Positions 42,730-44,909 of a DNA stretch of 44,909 nt are shown here, piece by piece. The DNA lies in the IMG/VR virus record IMGVR_UViG_3300033993_001993; one strand, written 5' to 3'. The translations under genes were made by a program, and so were the position numbers. The notes under the pieces are model-generated. The model did not search any database, was not told the origin of the DNA, and was given only the letters and a program-made list of their open reading frames with translations. The stretch is from a virus (taxonomy: Duplodnaviria > Heunggongvirae > Uroviricota > Caudoviricetes). Position 1 is the first letter of the stretch. Every line of letters starts with the position of its first letter.

Positions 42730-43689
42730 CTATCTTCTTCCATAATTTTTTTTGAGGTTTTCTAATTTGGCCTTTTTCAGGGCATTATTTAAAGTATTCG
42801 TTGTTTGGGTATTACTATTCTGATTCACCCTATTATAATCAATCACCTTAACTTCTTTTGGTTTAACTTCTTTTGGTAGGTTTTGGAAGATTGTTTCTAA
42901 TAATCGGTGCTTCTTATCTTTTAGATCTTTTATCAGATCAACTTCATTTTGTTCTATCACAGAAATTGATTCTGACCACTCAATCGTAGTATTATCCAAC
43001 ATTTGGTAGTCAGCCTTCTCTAATATCGTCAATGGACCGAAATTAGTTTTATTTTTTGACATTCTAAAATATTTACCTCGTATTTGGGAGGCATACCCCG
43101 TTTCATTACTTAATGTTAAACTTTTTGGGTGTAGTCGTCTATGAAATAATATATTACTTGTTAAATTAATTTTTCTTTTCATCCTATATAATCTACCCAT
43201 AAAATCCGAATCAGCAGCACATCTCCAACCCTCAAATCCATTCATTGCAAGAAATAAGTTCTTTCTTATTGCGAATACTCCTTCCCCGTAAAGCCCCTTT
43301 TCGTCTTTATAATCCCTACCAAAATTATTATCTCTAAAGTTTATAAATTTGGGTTTGACACATTCATATTTTAAGGTCAAACTATTTAATTCAGATAAAC
43401 AACTTTCCGTCATAACATCATCGGAATCAAAGAAAAATAAATTATCATATTTTGATATTTCAGACAAAGTATTTTTTATCTTATATGGTCCAACATTTTC
43501 CAAAAAGAAAAAAAAGAAGAAATTAGGTGGGAAGGTTTTATCTTTAATATATTCTTTTGTTTTTTCGCAATTATCAATACCTACTAAAACCTCAAAGGGG
43601 AAGTTAGCTTGATTTTTTTTAATTGAGTCGAATAGTTCATCCAAAAAATCCACATTATCATATGTAGGTATAATTACACTTAAACTCAT
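42730..43689 (-). CDS. Glycosyltransferase family 2 (GT-A fold)
   Basis: LSVIIPTY...EVLVGID...G...N...FFDSDD...ADSDF. Confidence 0.9.
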   Translation of the reverse strand: MSLSVIIPTYDNVDFLDELFDSIKKNQANFPFEVLVGIDNCEKTKEYIKDKTFPPNFFFFFFLENVGPYKIKNTLSEISKYDNLFFFDSDDVMTESCLSELNSLTLKYECVKPKFINFRDNNFGRDYKDEKGLYGEGVFAIRKNLFLAMNGFEGWRCAADSDFMGRLYRMKRKINLTSNILFHRRLHPKSLTLSNETGYASQIRGKYFRMSKNKTNFGPLTILEKADYQMLDNTTIEWSESISVIEQNEVDLIKDLKDKKHRLLETIFQNLPKEVKPKEVKVIDYNRVNQNSNTQTTNTLNNALKKAKLENLKKNYGRR

Positions 43690-44588
43690 CTACCTCTTTT
43701 TTTACCCATTATTTTACTTAACATATGGACATTACCTGAAGGTCTTGTTTGTTGGGTTTGGACGGGTTTAATCGATTTGGGCGTGGAGTGGTGTTGGTTC
43801 CCAAATATTTTGTTTACCATTTCATAATTTAAAGTTTTTTGGCTCTTTTCTATAGTTTTTTCTATTTTAGTATGAATAGGTGGTGTTTCTATTACCACGT
43901 TTACCTCCTTACTTGGGTTAAACAAATCATTTACTATTTTTGTTTGTATTGTATCTGAGTTAGAATGAGTATCAAATATCGTTGTTGTTTGTGGTTGGTA
44001 TGTCAAGAAATCTTTCTCGTGAGCAATTGATAATACTTCAATATTATTTTCAATACAATACTTACCAACCCATACGTCTGCCATATTTGGATGTTCAAAA
44101 TATGTGATTGGTATTTTCATTAAACTTGTATGAAAACACATAACACCAGTGCCTCCAAAATGTATAAACGCGTCTCTTTTTTGATGTCTAAGACAATGAT
44201 AAAATTCAATGTAAGAACTATAAAATGATTTTATTGGTTCTTTAGAAAACTTTCTTCCGTGTAGGGTTATAACCCTCTTATTTGAAAACTCTTTACACCT
44301 TGTGATCATATGGTCAACGTAGTTTGGTGGGTAAATTAAGTCGTCATCTATTGTAAGGTAATAACCGTCCGAATCAATTAATTTTGCAAACTTTAGTGCG
44401 TCCCCATACCTATTATCGGAAAAATATAAGTTTATTTTTTCATCTAAAAATTGAGGGGGAATTTCCCCTTCGTGATCATTTAAAAATATATTAATCTCAT
44501 CACACTGATCATAAATTGAATCGATTGTTTTAACCAAACTATCTATTCTTTTGTAAGACGCAACACTAACTATTCTTTTTTCACTCAT
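43686..44588 (-). CDS. Glycosyltransferase (GT-A fold)
   Basis: IVSVASYKRIDSL...YYLTIDDDLIYPPNYV...GGTGVM...MADVW. Confidence 0.82.
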   Translation of the reverse strand: MSEKRIVSVASYKRIDSLVKTIDSIYDQCDEINIFLNDHEGEIPPQFLDEKINLYFSDNRYGDALKFAKLIDSDGYYLTIDDDLIYPPNYVDHMITRCKEFSNKRVITLHGRKFSKEPIKSFYSSYIEFYHCLRHQKRDAFIHFGGTGVMCFHTSLMKIPITYFEHPNMADVWVGKYCIENNIEVLSIAHEKDFLTYQPQTTTIFDTHSNSDTIQTKIVNDLFNPSKEVNVVIETPPIHTKIEKTIEKSQKTLNYEMVNKIFGNQHHSTPKSIKPVQTQQTRPSGNVHMLSKIMGKKRGR

Positions 44589-44909
44589 ATTGTGATTAAA
44601 TTATTCTTTTTTCTTTCGTTTTTATTCATTTTGGATTCGTGAACTCCGTGATACACTAATGATTTTTTTACGTGATACAAAAATTTACCACTACTATTAA
44701 GTCTTTGGGTGATTTGATGACCAACACCAGAACTTATTAGCGGATCATTAATCCATCTTTTTTCGCTAATCGCATTAACCCTATAATCAAGTAATTCAAA
44801 GAAATTCTTCTCACATATGAAACATAGGTCATTCCATTGTGTCCGCAAAACCTCACCTAAATCTTTTGGGTTTTTATAACCCCAATGTGATTTATTAACC
44901 CTATCGTCA
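44585..44909 (-). CDS. 3' part of a probable third glycosyltransferase-cluster gene, open to the window edge
   Basis: Frame stays open beyond the track's TTG start (…DDRVNKSHWGYKNPKDLGEVLRTQWNDL…); ends SSGVGHQIT...SLVYHGVHESKMN. Confidence 0.6.
   Translation of the reverse strand, partial: DDRVNKSHWGYKNPKDLGEVLRTQWNDLCFICEKNFFELLDYRVNAISEKRWINDPLISSGVGHQITQRLNSSGKFLYHVKKSLVYHGVHESKMNKNERKKNNLITI

Noticed and set aside
4284-43612. Short antisense or nested track ORFs (e.g. 4284-4478, 6100-6339, 8006-8191, 13544-13750, 27028-27279, 41500-41730, 43349-43612)
   Set aside because: They lie inside longer, better-supported genes and lack upstream motifs.
1-44909. Stop-codon reassignment
   Set aside because: Recognisable genes are full length in code 11, TAA, TAG and TGA all end genes, and no suppressor tRNA was found.

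Overview
AT-rich, gene-dense segment of a large tailed dsDNA phage genome, most genes on the minus strand. The host is most likely Bacteroidota: TAnnTTTG promoters, no Shine-Dalgarno sites, a lipoprotein and a T9SS type-B CTD protein. No core capsid or replication genes are in the window. Contents: (i) an array of 17 tRNA genes (222-3654), one atypical, with tRNA remnants and a putative leader-peptide attenuator; (ii) host-like accessory genes (DUF2927-like, lipoprotein, acyl-CoA thioesterase, T9SS-CTD adhesin, FKBP PPIase, HAD, YceI, glycosyltransferases); (iii) about 25-30 otherwise unrelated proteins that share short N-terminal leaders ending in (I/L)-x-E and are mostly preceded by a TATTTAT motif, including a DHH phosphoesterase, an HEXXH peptidase and a GH24 lysozyme; (iv) a low-coding region at about 24.8-27 kb with G-runs and repeats; (v) six tRNA-shell repeats (29838-33357) that keep acceptor, D and T arms but carry a different 49-97 nt insert in place of the anticodon arm, alternating with small ORFs behind a host-type promoter. 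Items (iii) and (v) are the best candidates for undescribed systems. All calls are by eye; no database search was run, so family names come from motif recognition only.
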